From: Euprymna scolopes
Taxonomy: Eukaryota
Length of the DNA: 64,000 nucleotides
NCBI GenBank assembly: GCA_053919585.1
Contig: CM132795.1
Strand: one strand, 5' to 3'
Part shown: piece by piece, positions 26,150 through 39,075 of the stretch
Layout: each line of letters opens with the position of its first letter
Position numbering within the stretch: the stretch's first letter is position 1
Made by a program: the position numbers and the translations under genes
Notes under the pieces: generated by a model
What the model saw: the letters and a program-made list of their open reading frames with translations, nothing else
Told to the model about the DNA's origin: nothing
Database searches by the model: none

Positions 26150-27320
26150 TCATTGCTTAAAGGGTTCTTTTTTATATCTTGGGAATTAAATCATTTCTTT
26201 CCGATAGGTTCATAAGAGTAGTGGTTAATGGATAGAAATCAGAAGCCCACAGTATTAATTCTGGAGTCCCCCAGGGGTCCATCCTGGGACCAACTCTCTT
26301 CCTGGTTTACATCAATGATCTCCCAAAACACATACTTAAGTCATTCGTTGACATCTATGCTGATGACACGACCATTTATGGCAACACATTATAGGCCGTA
26401 AATGACAAAGTGGTTTCTAATTCTCTCTCCTCTGAATCTTGAGCGCGTGGTACAATGGGGAGAAAGGTGGCTGGTCATTTTAATGCATCCAAAACCAAGC
26501 TTCTATCTTTATATCATCAACGCTCTGATCCCTATCTGGCATCAATTGAAATGGATGGCTCTCGTCTTGGGGAGGCTCCATGTTTTGACAAGCTTCTGGG
26601 ATTGACCTTTACTCCTGATCTGAAATAGAACACGTACATCAAATCTGTTGCCAGGGACGCTGGAAAGATGGTGGGATCCTTCTACCGCTCCAGAAGATAT
26701 CTCACTGCTGAGTCAATTCTCTATCTGTATAAAAGCCAAGTACGTCCGAGGATGGAATACTGCTGCCACGTCTGGGCAGGAGCTGCTAAAAACAGCCTAT
26801 CCTGCCTTGACAGAATACAAAATAGACTTCGTGGTTTAGTGGGGGATGCCCTTTTCTCTTCTCTGCAGCCTCTCTCCCACAGAAGAGACGTTGCGAGCCT
26901 GTCTTTTTTTATCATTATTTCCATGGCAAGTGCTCGTCTGAGCTCCCAACTCTGGTCTCCCCTCGCCAATCTTCCACGAGAAATACTCGTCTGGCTGAAA
27001 CTACTGTCAATAATTTTCCCCACTCTTTATCTGTGCCTAAATCCAAACGTAGATTCCATGAGCAGAGCTTCTTTCTCAGAAGTGCACGATTGTGGAACTC
27101 TCTTCCGTTTTCCTGTTTCCCACCTGACTACAACTTGGATGTCTTCAAGTCCAACATAAACAAATTCCTGACAAACCGCCCTCTTAAGTAAGACACTCTA
27201 TCAAATCTCCAATACTAATGATTACTATAATACTATCTCATTGATTACTGTACACGCAATAACCCTTATCCCTGAGTTGTCTCCGGGCCTTGATAAGTTG
27301 TGACCCCCATGTAAAAAAAC
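26150..27320 (+). mobile_element. CR1-like LINE (family A), 5'-truncated; C-terminal half of RT, 3' UTR and A-rich tail
   Basis: GVPQGSILGPTLFLVYINDLP, DIYADDTTIY, LYKSQVRPRMEYCCHVWAGA; stops and frameshifts present; best-preserved copy in the window. Confidence 0.92.
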
Positions 27321-28684
27321 AAATTAGTTGCATAAACGAGTATAGAAGTTTTAAGTTTTGTTAAAAAACATTTACAACTGTTATATGTCAACTCTAGACA
27401 AGATATTCAATTATTCGTTTTAAATCGATCCATTGTTTTCAATTAAGTGTTCTATTAAACTAAGCAGAGGTTTTCGGTTTAAATTCGCTTTCTATGCTTT
27501 ATACTAGTTATTTTATAAATTTCCTATGACTTGTAAGAAATCTACATTATACATTACCGAATGTATTAACTGGTGACTATTCTATTGCAAGATTTAGTCA
27601 TCCTTCCTACATAATTGTATCTAAACTTACCACCACATTTGTGTAAAATTCTCCCTTAAAAAACAATCCCATTCCAATAAATTCGGATAATCTGCTAAAG
27701 TAGTTTTTGTAAATTCGTGTTTTTGTTTCGTTTTTTTTTCTTTTACAATTTGGCCTGATTTTTCTTCTCTGCCAACGAGTTTATGTATTTGATTAACTTG
27801 ATTAGTTTGGTTGTTTTGTGTTCGTGTCCACATCGCTTGACTAACTGTTACCAAATATTGGCAAATATCCATCAGACTTATTTCATTTTTATATATCTCT
27901 GTTAAACTGAAAGTTAATATCCTAGACATAGTAATTGAAACGTTTAGCGATAAGCTTACATTTGTTTATCAGGATAATTCACTATCTGGTCAATATTGTA
28001 ACCAATAAAGGTCTATGTAACTTGAGAACATGGATTAAATCGAAATCTTGGATTTCTTTCCAATTCAATAAATTGATCATTGAAAACCTCAACTATCAGG
28101 CAAAATTTCAGGCTCATTAGTTATCAAGATTTACATGAACTGGAGAAATTTCATATAATGTGGAAATTAAGAGTTTAGCCCATCGTTACGTTGTCGGGAA
28201 GTGGCATGCTTACGAGTATCACGATTGTCATACGTCCTTTAACAATGCGACCTTTCAGAATTCGAAATTAACAAACACTTTAATATGTAATGGAATTAAA
28301 TAAATTACATGAAGATTGGTTTTAGCATTAAGAAAAAAAGAGCCTGACATCTTCTGGAATAGAATTCATAATTTGTTCCGGGTATTAAAGAAAATGGCGA
28401 ACAGTAATGAAGTTTGAAGTTAAGAAATGCTCATCTCAGTAGACTTTTGTCGGCACTAATAAAACTTATTAACGGCCTATTTTTATTTATTAAAGAATTT
28501 ATGAAAATAAGGTAAACTAATCGGCACATTCCTTTGAGAAATTAGCGTTTCTTATTTATTTATGTTATCGTTTTCTATTAGATGATTTATTTGATTTTGC
28601 TATTATGCTAAATTTTATTTATGCATAGTGTCTACATTCTGCAAAGGTGCGTGGAATTTAAGGTGCAAACGTTCCAGTATGCAT

Positions 28685-28710
28685 ACACACACACACACAC
28701 ACACACGCAA

Positions 28711-28762
<52 letters not shown>
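28685..28762. repeat. (CA)n(TA)n microsatellite
   Basis: Directly visible. Confidence 0.95.
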
Positions 28763-28764
<2 letters not shown>

Positions 28765-29456
28765 TGGAGGTCATACACGAGAATCACCCCCCTATTATTT
28801 TTATAGCAGGTTTTAGTATATAGTATAGTTCTCGAGGTTGGAGGTTTATCCCAAAGGCCGTCTCAACATGGGCAGGTTGAGGGCATCTAATACTACGCTG
28901 GGTTAATATGTATAAGATGCCAACTGCAGAATACCGGTTGAAATTATAGGTGTAGATTTTCGGTCAGGTCCGCCTTTGCGTTCAAATGATGCATTTTAAA
29001 ATACGTGTATTTTTATAATGCTTTTATTTGATATCATTTTAAGGGGCGTGTTCGCTCAATACAATTGTTCAAATTGCAATCATTTCAAAACAATTGTTTT
29101 GTTTGTTTGTTTGTTTTTTTGTTTTTTCAGAACGTTGATGGCAAAAACAAACTCGCACAATTTTCTTTCCTCTATTCAATGTACGCCGAAAAACTGCTTA
29201 AACAACTGGCGATATAAACGAGGCATTAGGCCCGGAAACAACGAATGAACGCACAGCCCAATAGTGGTTTAAGAAATTTCCTGTAAGTCAAAAGTGAAAC
29301 AGAGAATGAAAGCATGAAGAGGAGTTAATTAAGGGGATTCTTTTGAAAGCAGACGAGTACCGTACATTGTAAGTACATGCTTTTTTATAGAGGCAAAATC
29401 ATAAGACTGAAAATAAAGAACAAGTACATATTGTGAAAGCCTGGAAAACCCATGAT

Positions 29457-29797
29457 TTAAAATAGAAAAATGTGAGCATGAAAAGTAATATGGTTAAGCT
29501 TAAAAATGGAAAAGTAAAGCATTAGTTGTTAAAACTGGAAAAGAAAAGGGCAAGATATTCTAGTAAAATTATAATAAATTTATAACTTAAAATATTACAA
29601 CATTCAGATTTTTTTAAATTCAATTAATAACATTATATAATCAATTCTTCATGGTGCGATATTTTAAGTTATAAATTTATTTTATTTTTACAAGAATATT
29701 TTATCCTTTTCTTTTCCAATTTTAACAACGTGTCCTTTAGTTTTCTATGTTCAAGCTTTACCATATTACTTTTTATGCTCGCATTTTTCTATTTTAA
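29457..29797. mobile_element. Long imperfect inverted repeat (MITE/foldback-like), ~140-bp arms and ~57-bp spacer
   Basis: TTAAAATAGAAAAATGTGAGCATGAAAAGTAATATGG... pairs with ...CCATATTACTTTTATGCTCGCATTTTTCTATTTTAA; inner AATAAATTTATAACTTAAAATAT pairs with ATATTTTAAGTTATAAATTTATT. Confidence 0.85.
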
Positions 29798-29811
29798 TAT
29801 GTGTGTGTATT

Positions 29812-30325
29812 TTACCACCAGACTAGGTCCGAGATTCGATTCTTAGAAACTATCAAGCTACGTCAATGAGAGATAGGATCTCGAAACATTCATATACGTC
29901 GATTACTGTTTTATAAGTAAAAATAATTAAATAGATAAATGAATAAAATATTATTTGTTTACGACCAAATCAAATATGGGCGATTTTCTAGGAAAGGGAT
30001 CATCAAGGTAAAAACGCGTATTATAGTCTGAGAAAATCAACAGATCTACATAAGTTTAAAGACGGGCAAATTGACAGTAAAATTATCTAGGACTTGGTTG
30101 CGTAACGGATAACGCACCAGACCGTAATATATATGTGCTGGAGTTTGATTCCTAAAAACAGTCAACCTGAAGGGAAATAAAATACCGAGAATGCATTTCG
30201 GTAGATTACTCTTTTATAGGTAAAAATAAAAATAATTAATAAATAATTAAAATGGTATTTGTTTTCATCCAAATAAAATATGGGCGATTTTCTAAGAAAA
30301 AGGCTCTTCAAGGTTAAGACGCTAA
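29812..30325 (+). mobile_element. Two tandem ~300-bp units with tRNA-like heads (tRNA-derived SINE-like)
   Basis: 30092-30160 has box A-like GGTTGCGTAACGGATAACGCACCAGAC and box B-like GAGTTTGATTCC; both units share GATTACT.TTTT.TA.GTAAAAATAA...AAATATGGGCGATTTTCTA.GAAA. Confidence 0.65.
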
Positions 30326-30513
30326 TATTTGCTCAACAGAATAGAAATTTGATATTGAGGGTATTCAGACCTTTCGCACACTTTCAATTTGATTTTAGCC
30401 AGCAATAATTCCTGCTAAGCCGTCAAAATTATAAACAAGACATTTGAGCATGGCATGAGTATTCGACTAAAATTTTTCGATACAAAATTCATAGTTTAGA
30501 GAACATATTTTCA

Positions 30514-30550
<37 letters not shown>

Positions 30551-30741
30551 TATGCTGCTTGCTCAGGGGTTAAAAAATAAGGCTTGAGAGTTATAAGTTT
30601 CTGTTTTGATTTTAGCTGGTCGCATTCAGTTTAGTGGCTGGACAACGCCGGCATTTCCCGGTCGTAAAATACGCTTACATGTTATATTTGAATTTATGCA
30701 GATTCCATATTTATTTTTTACGAAGTCATTTTTATAATATA

Positions 30742-31155
30742 CTAGCATATGTGCCTGGCGTTGCCCGGATGTTTGGATGTGTATGTTTAGCAAAAGAAAA
30801 ATTTGTAGTATGAAGGCAGGCTGGAACCCGTACTGCAAAGGAGGAAAGGAAAGTGAAAAAAACGAGACGTCTTTGCTTTTACGACTACCGCCAAATCGGA
30901 AGTGACGTAGGTTTTAATTAAAACTAGACAATCGAAAGGAGAGGGTGACTTTCAAAAATACCTGCGAGAAAAGCGACCCCCTTTAGAAAAGTGTCTTGTT
31001 GAAGGCGAAGATATTAATAGTTTAAGCCAATTCTTCGATATTTGTAGTCTGAAATGTCGAACGTAAAAACAATACTGATCTTGTGAAAATCCATCACCTC
31101 TGTCAAAAGTTTTAGGCAGATATGCAAACATACATAGACACATTTATATATATTG
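30742..31155 (-). mobile_element. Helitron-like repeat family H2
   Basis: A^CTAG...CCTGGCGTTGCCCGG hairpin end; reverse complement aligns with 17930-18325. Confidence 0.7.
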
Positions 31156-31620
31156 TTAACTCAAATTTTCGATCCAAACCGATTAAAAACCTTGCCATAT
31201 CTCTGAATACCCTTTATGTAAAATGTCAAATGTTTAGACCAGAAATTGTCTGAGTAATTTGGCAAAGACCGAAGCGGTCAAAATTTTAAAACTTTGTCCC
31301 CTATTATGACTCCTCAACATTTATTGTCTTGGGCTCAAATCAAGTTATTAAGTAAGATCCATGTCCAGGAAACCTTTATCTAAAATTTCATGTGTTTATA
31401 CCCAAAATTGGCGGATGAGTTTGGTAGAGTTTGCAAAGGTAAAATCGTTGGACTTTGACCCCTTAGCATCCAAATTTCTGGCCAAAATGATTAAAAAGAT
31501 TTTCTCAAATATCAATACCTTGTATATCAAATTTCGAGTCTATAGACTTAAAATTGACAGTTATTTTGTAAGGAAATGTACACAGACAGACAGACACTTT
31601 CAAATTTGTAGACATATAGA
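31155..31620 (-). mobile_element. Helitron-like repeat family H1
   Basis: Reverse complement begins A^TCTATATGTC...GTGTCTGTCTGTCTGTGTACATTTCC, matching 61847 onward; the similar spurious ORFs containing VYTQNWR come from this repeat. Confidence 0.7.
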
Positions 31621-32819
31621 TTGTATCTAATATATAGTCCTGATTTCAATTAAAAAATGTGATTTGAGTGTCATCTGCTAGAATCGAAACCAACACCAAA
31701 AAATTAGAAAACGTCGTTTCATAATCAAAACTATATTTACAAGTTGAGCAAAGACATGAGTTTATTTATACTCAATAAATTTGACTGTGGAAAGGTGTTT
31801 GAATATTATCAAAGATGTTTTATATCATACTGTGTCGAACATATTGTCATGATTTCAAACGTAAAAATAACATGATTTGCCTGGCAGCAACGAGACTCAA
31901 GACCGAGACTCAAGACCGAGACTAAAACATAGCAACACATAGTTTTATGAAAGAAACTATGTTTACAAGTTAAGCCAACACTGAAATTTATTGGACTTAC
32001 TATCATTTGATTGTGTAAGCGAGTGTGAATTTTATTAAACAAAGCCCAGCTTCTTTGGCAACACTATTTTTGATAGACGTTAATCAAGACGTGACCTTCA
32101 AAATGTATCATTTAGGCGCGTGAGCTGAAAAAAGACGTCATCGCTGAGGTTCTAATAAGCAAGACCTGTCTAATAGTCAGGCTTTTCATAATAAATCTAA
32201 ATATTTTCCAAAAAGTATTAGAAAAATTGCATAAAAAGCCGTTAGAATTAATGAAATATTTCGTTGTTTTATGAATTTTAAAATGTAAAAAAACGTTCAT
32301 TATTTTCTCATAAATTGAATTCAAAAAGATGAAAAAAAAGGAAGACGATTCGATTTACAGCCGAACTAACTTTTATTCAATATATAAAAAGTATGCATGC
32401 AATACTACGTATGTTTGAAGCAGAAGGCAATCAAATATTGCAAAACATGAAATATTAATTTAGGCAATAAACAAGTATTAAATAATCAATTTAAAATTGA
32501 ACGATAAATATGTGCTTAAATTCAAACGAACAACAATAAATATCTTTAGAAAAATCAAAACGAACAACACTATTTTAAAATCAAAAGGAACAATAATATT
32601 TAAAAAAAAAACAATCAAAACGAATGACATATTTGTAATTAAAACCAACAATTACTAAATTATGAAGCGAAAACGAACGAAGAGGTAGGTTATCTGAAAA
32701 ACAGACGATAAGTTAACAAAGATAAAAATAAATTAAATTCAAACATATGTTAATATGAACAAAAACAGTTACTAGTGCAGAAATATGTCAAACATTAAAA
32801 AACATTACAAAAATTGGGT

Positions 32820-32855
32820 TTGTTTTACAATCCACAAAGATTTGAAATAAAATGG

Positions 32856-32904
<49 letters not shown>

Positions 32905-33105
32905 CAAGTAAATGCTACCAAACGCAAGATAAGTTACTCTTCTACCTAACTGAATTTAGCTTTTAGTTATTTTATTTAATATTTATTTTTGTAAACTCTT
33001 TATTCGTTTCGAACAAAAGTAGTGTCGAGCGTTACACCAGCACAATAAAAAAATATCCGCGTAGTATATCTTATATCTTTGAAATCTCAACAATGAGCTA
33101 AAAAT

Positions 33106-33165
<60 letters not shown>

Positions 33166-33306
33166 AAATGCTGTTAAAACCAATCTATGAATTTAACGGA
33201 AACACTTATCGGTTGGGTTTCTAACAGCATTTTGGACATTTTTAAGTCATATCCACCTAAAACATTAGAAATTAATTATTCTTTGCTATTAGAAACAGTT
33301 ATTTGT

Positions 33307-33366
<60 letters not shown>

Positions 33367-33405
33367 TTTACCGCTTTCTCGAATCTCTGTGGATTGTAAA
33401 AGATC
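32820..33405. repeat. Three (TA)n arrays inside an inverted-repeat structure
   Basis: TTTTACAATCCACAAAGATTTGAAAT..(AT)n at 32823-32935 is mirrored by (TA)n..TTTCTCGAATCTCTGTGGATTGTAAAA at 33275-33402. Confidence 0.8.
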
Positions 33406-33541
33406 AAAAACACGTTGTAGAATGAAAATTAAAAGTTTGATTTTTCTCCTGATTTTGTTTTCTAATAGTGTCATTACATTTAGGAAAATGAAAATGTGTT
33501 CAACTGTTTCCTTCTGTTTTTCTACACTATAAAACATAGAG

Positions 33542-33543
<2 letters not shown>

Positions 33544-33609
<66 letters not shown>

Positions 33610-33617
33610 CAACAACA
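33544..33617. repeat. (TAA)n/(CAA)n microsatellite
   Basis: Directly visible. Confidence 0.95.
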
Positions 33618-34180
33618 AATCCTATGAACATGAACATACACACAAATAAACTCATCCAAGCAAAAAGATCAGATGTAATAATCAACAAGAAAGAAGAATC
33701 CTGTCAAAGTGTGAATATCAAAGAAAAGAAAAATCGGAGCAAATACACAGATCTAGCCAGAGAGCTGAAAGGGATATGGGTGATGAAGAAAACCTGGATA
33801 ACACCACCATAGTAGCAGCACTAGGAACAATTCCGAAAAGCTTTAAAAAAAAAAAGAATTGCAGAAATTGGAATCAGAGGAATGGCTGAAAATATACAAC
33901 GAATTATAATAATAAAACAAGCTGAAATATTAAGGAAAACAATTGCGCGCGGATAATAATACACGATAGCCACATGCGCAGACCAGCCAAACTGCTACAG
34001 AGGAAAAAGAGTGATTCTAAATAACCGAGAAGAGTCAAGATTGATGGAAAGACCGAGGAAAGAGCGCTGTCCGGACTTCTGTTGGAAAAGTGCGAAGAGA
34101 ACTTGGACCTTGGAGAGGCTTATTACTACTTTAATTTCAGTGGAGACCAATTACCGCTACCAGTGAGAAATAACTGGTGG
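33618..34180 (+). mobile_element. R4/Dong-like non-LTR retrotransposon, 3' fragment
   Basis: MNIHTNKLIQAKRSDVIINKKEESC...KYTDLARELKGIW, then IVAALGTIPK; begins immediately after (TAA)n; homologous to 8380-9140. Confidence 0.75.
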
Positions 34181-34339
34181 GTGGTTGTTGCGATAAGGAC
34201 AATTCATTTGCAAATGTTACTGAAAGAAAAGGAGAGTAATGGAAACCTGGTGAGGCGTGTCACTCAGCTTTCAAGGAACACCACAAGTTATTGTCAACGA
34301 GAGATCTTTGATGACTTGCGTGAAAGCTCCTTCAGAGCC

Positions 34340-34377
<38 letters not shown>

Positions 34378-35209
34378 GGTGGGACATGGTGATGATGGCG
34401 GACTACTATTGGAATTTAAAAAGAGATGTGCAAGCACCAAAACATTCGCGACAATAAAAAAAACGAAAATTTAGACCCTCATAATGCAAACATTAAGTTT
34501 TCATTTTTAGTTACATGTACTGTACATGAAGTGTACATGACTCTTTGTTAGAATACAGCAATTTTATCATAAAAACTGACATTTTGCCATTGAAACATCA
34601 TTAGTAAACCTTGAAAACATTGTTTAAAAAAAAAAGTCGCATAATTTTAAATTCAAATTTACAAAACAATTTGACCTCCGAGAGCAAAATGGATGTTATT
34701 TCTAGATTTAGCATGGCAAAAATATTATAAATCAGTTAAAAAATTTCAGACACCTTTTAAAAAGTGTCTTTTTGTTGACCAGTGTAATAATAAAAACAAC
34801 AACAATAACTCATTTAACGATTTCCTCGAGAAACTATTAATACATACGATAGTTATTTTCTTTATAATATCGTGATGAATTTTCAAAATCTAAAAATAAA
34901 TAATCTTTTGAAAAAAGTCTTATTCTCTACTTGTGCCAGGAAATTCTCTCTTTTAATTGCATGAATCCAAATGTAAACTCTGACGAGAACACGCTGGCTT
35001 CGGAGCCTCAAAAATGGTTTCAAATTCGAAAAACAACAATACTGATGGAAATCTACCCAATAATTGTCATTGTGACACTTTCTAACACTTATTGGGTGTA
35101 TTTCGATCAGAATTTTGTTTATTTATTCACATTTTGAATGATTTTTAACGCTCCGAAGACAGCGTGTTTGTATTCCTAATAGTTAGCATCCAAATAAGAC
35201 TCATAAATA

Positions 35210-35640
35210 TATACGATGTGCTTTCAATAAGTTCCCAGATATTTTCGTATGGACAGTTTTATGGAGCTTACACACGGTTCCGTTTGAAGTATTTTCGGCC
35301 GGCTGCAATGTATTATTGTACTAATCGAACAACTTCTGAAAAGTCCCATGAAATTTCTTTAGTATGAGGATGTCAATGGCCATCGTCACAGCGTCTTCCA
35401 TTTCCTTAATTGTCTCATAACTACAGCTCTAAGGTTTTCCTTGAGCTAAGAGGACAGCCAATAGTTACAGGGAGAGGGAAGAATTGTCTGGATTCTCACC
35501 TTGGTGATGACAACGCCTTTCATTCTGAGCTTCTATAAACACCCTTAGAAAACATATTTGCGCAAATCTTCGTCATCTTTAGTAACTCGTGATTAATAGT
35601 GAGTACAGTGCTCACACTGACATCAGACTATGCACATATT
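35210..35640 (-). mobile_element. Possible mariner-like transposon remnant
   Basis: TIR-like ATACGATGTGCTTTCAATAAGTTCCCAGA and scattered mariner-like coding fragments; heavily decayed. Confidence 0.4.
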
Positions 35641-35828
35641 GCCTTTAGATACACGATGGTCCTTATCTATAAATTTTGTTATGTTTATTTTACTTCTTTG
35701 CTCTTCTTTTACGTCTTATCATCTTCCACAGACTCCTTTCTTTCTTTAAATATATAATTACGTTCGGAAACTGATGTATGATTCATGCAAGATGGACCAA
35801 AAGCAGGGTTTTTTTACATAGACGTCAT

Positions 35829-36465
35829 CACTTATCACTCGAGGATTAGGGTTAATGAGTTTACAGAAGTCAATGTGATAATATCATAGTAATCATTAGT
35901 AGTGTCAATTTGTTAACTAGATTGCTTAAGGGGGTAGCCATCAAGAATTTATTTACGTTGGACTTGAAGACGACCAAACTGCAGTCAGCTGGAAAGCAAG
36001 CAAACGGAACAGACTTCCAAATTCGTGCAGTTCTTAGAAAGAAGCTATGTTCAGAAAATTAAGTTAAGGCACATATAAAGAGAAAGGGACATTATTGATT
36101 ATGATTTCAGATACTTTTTCGTGTTTGGCGGGGGGGGTCAACATATTGAAGCTCAGACTTGCACTTACCATGAAAATACTGATAAAGCAGAGACAGGCTC
36201 GGAACTTATTTTCTGTAGGAAAGATGTTGCACGGAAGAGAAAAAGGATTCCCCCATTAGGCTACGAAGTTTATTTTGAACTCTCTAAAGGCAGGATAAGA
36301 TTTTCTAGCATCTCCCGCCCAGATGTGGCAACAGCACTCCATCCTTGGACGTACTTGGCTTTATATAGGTGGAAAAGTACATCAGCCGTGAGATATCTGC
36401 TGCAGTGGTAGAAGTATCCTACCATTTTCCTAGCGACTTTGGTAAATGCTGAAGCATTCCATACG
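35829..36465 (-). mobile_element. CR1-like LINE (family A), 3' fragment
   Basis: Reverse complement encodes LYKSQVRPRMECCCHIWAG and carries the family 3' UTR. Confidence 0.85.
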
Positions 36466-37500
36466 TTTCTGTCCTATTTTTTCCGAATTTACAACATAAT
36501 ATGCTTTTAGTTTTTATAAAGTATCTTCAATTTCAGATTGCATTTTTGAAATTCACCAGCTGTGACAATAAGGCTTTAGTAGGAGGTATTCAAATTCCTG
36601 CTTTAGTTGTTCTTTTGAACATGAAATACTAAAAAAAAATCACTTATCTCATAAGATGCATAGCAATAACATACGTAATTTTAAAGCGTTTTGAACAATT
36701 CTAAATGACTGTACATAGACGGCTGAAAATTTATTGAAGGCACCTAATATTTATCGATAATATTATATTAGTTTATAATTATATGTATCCATACATAGGT
36801 GTGCGCTTTTTAATATATTTTCTCAATCTGCGTCATAATCAATTTCATGTAGTTTGTTATAAAAACGAATATTTACCTAAGGACCGAAATAAATGCAAAG
36901 CCTTCGCAAGATTGAGATAGAAGTAGACACAAACTTTCTTTCGTTATCATTACAAGACATGATTTAACAATGGTTCTAAAGCAATGCAAATAGAGAACAG
37001 AATATTATTTAGATGTAACAAATCAAAGATTCGAATCTCATTTTTTAACATCTTTTAGCAATGAATTAGCGAATGAACTCTTAGCTTGGATTATTTCGTT
37101 ATTGGGATTTGTTTCTGTTCGAACCTTGCTCTATGGAAGACAATGTTCTTAATATTTATGGGTTCTAGAGCTTAACTCATCAAAAGTCTACTCTCTAAAT
37201 ATATCACAAATAAAAACATCCGTTAATTGCAAAGATAATGCATGATATTTCATAAAATATATAAACCTCATGACTAGGGCTATGACAACAGCATATCCGT
37301 TTCATTTTTTGGACTCCCGAGTATATAACCGACACAGTAAGACGTAATTAATTATCCGAGAACCATATCACTCTGCATAAAACATATAAGATATCAATGG
37401 ATAAATACCTGGGAAGCAAAACACGGGAAAGAATATGTTGCTGCCACATCCATACTCATGACTTTGTTTAGCTAATATTATAAAATTCTCTATTCGTTCT

Positions 37501-37537
<37 letters not shown>

Positions 37538-39075
37538 TTATAGTAAATAATTATATATATATGCATATATGATTATTTATAATGAGTAATTATTTATTAT
37601 ATTGACAATTAAATTGTATAAGTCTTCCTAGCTATTAGATAAGGTATTTTTAACTATAGACAAGCTACAAAGGTAGTAAATTAAGGAACACAAGATGTGC
37701 TCTTTTAGAAGTTTTTAAAGTTAAAAAAATTACTTTCCCCTATGTGTAAATAGTGCGCATTAGTTATCCGTCTATTATATAAGAATTATCAGGAGGTTAT
37801 CTACTTTATATTATACTATAAGGAGAGCTGCGCGATGGTATCTTGGTTTTTGAGTGTAACTAAGCCATAGACAGCTTCCGTACTGTACTAGAACAAAGCT
37901 AAATACCAAAAATAAAAAGGCATATATAAGTTATCAGATAATTGATGAGCACAGTATGTATAATATTGATATTCGGCACTGGAGCAAGAGTAACCCTGAT
38001 CTTTACTTGATCCAAAATCAATAGGCGGTATGGTGTTCTTAAACTCGCATGGGCACATTTACTTAATTAAAAGTTTAAACAATTAATAATGATTGAAAAT
38101 CATCTATTATTAAATGTATTTAGTTATTACAGAAATAGAATTATTATAAGAAATAAATATCCTAATATGTATACAATTTTGTTTTAATTATAATAGGATA
38201 TGGGACTCAGAATTAGCCACTGTATTCTCACGTCGCCGCGAGACAATATTAATTGATTACACAAAATCTGTAATAGTAAATTCGTAAGTTTGACTTATTT
38301 GTTTCCATTTCTTTTGTCGTTTCGTCTTACCATTGCGAGAACAATATTTCTGGAAAAGAGGAGGTCGAAGTATAATTGACTTCTTTAATTTTATACTAAG
38401 TACAGAACACTCAGTAACATTGAATAACTGTTTAATGTATTATTATATGAAATACATACAAATGAATCAGATTATTTATTTACTACTGAATTAATGTTTC
38501 TACAGGGAAGCAGAGACTTGACTATATTAGTTTATTAGAATAAAATAGTTACCAACTTCAATGAGAAAACGATAGGAGCACTGAAATTAATCAAGTGCAC
38601 AAACTGTCTAACGATGGAGCCGCTGTAACAAGAATTCCCTTTCATCGAATGTGAAGACAAGCGAATAGTAACAAGGCATGAAGAACTTCTATGTAATGTA
38701 TTCAATAGTATTTGCCAAAGAGGAAATGCATTAAAAAACTCCGTTTGACGCTAGGCATATCGAGAAATCAGTCATCATTGTCACTCAGTAGCTAGTGTTT
38801 ATGGAGGTTGCAGTTATTTGCATGAGTTATCACATATTTAAGTAGCTTAATTGTAACCTATCTGTTGTGATATACGACAGTTAAATCAACTGCATTTCAA
38901 AATAATGGACAAACCTACAAGTTTTTTTTTATATTTAAAATTAGTGTCTTATTTAAGTATCGATTGTAAAATTCTTTTAGAATAAGAGCAGGTTCTATTA
39001 ACAAATTCTTAATACATAATATGTATAATATTAGCAAAATCAGCGGCTTCGCCTAAATAACAGTTCCCATTGTTT

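Noticed and set aside
26668-27159. 163-aa ORF as a host gene
   Set aside because: It is a frameshifted CR1 ORF2 C-terminal fragment.
30092-30165. tRNA gene (also a weaker tRNA-like stretch at ~9472-9535)
   Set aside because: A/B boxes are degenerate and acceptor and T stems do not pair convincingly; more consistent with a SINE head.
33289-33618. Poly-Leu, poly-Asn and (YI)n ORFs here and at 5801, 12253, 28621, 32983 and 34082
   Set aside because: Translations of microsatellites.
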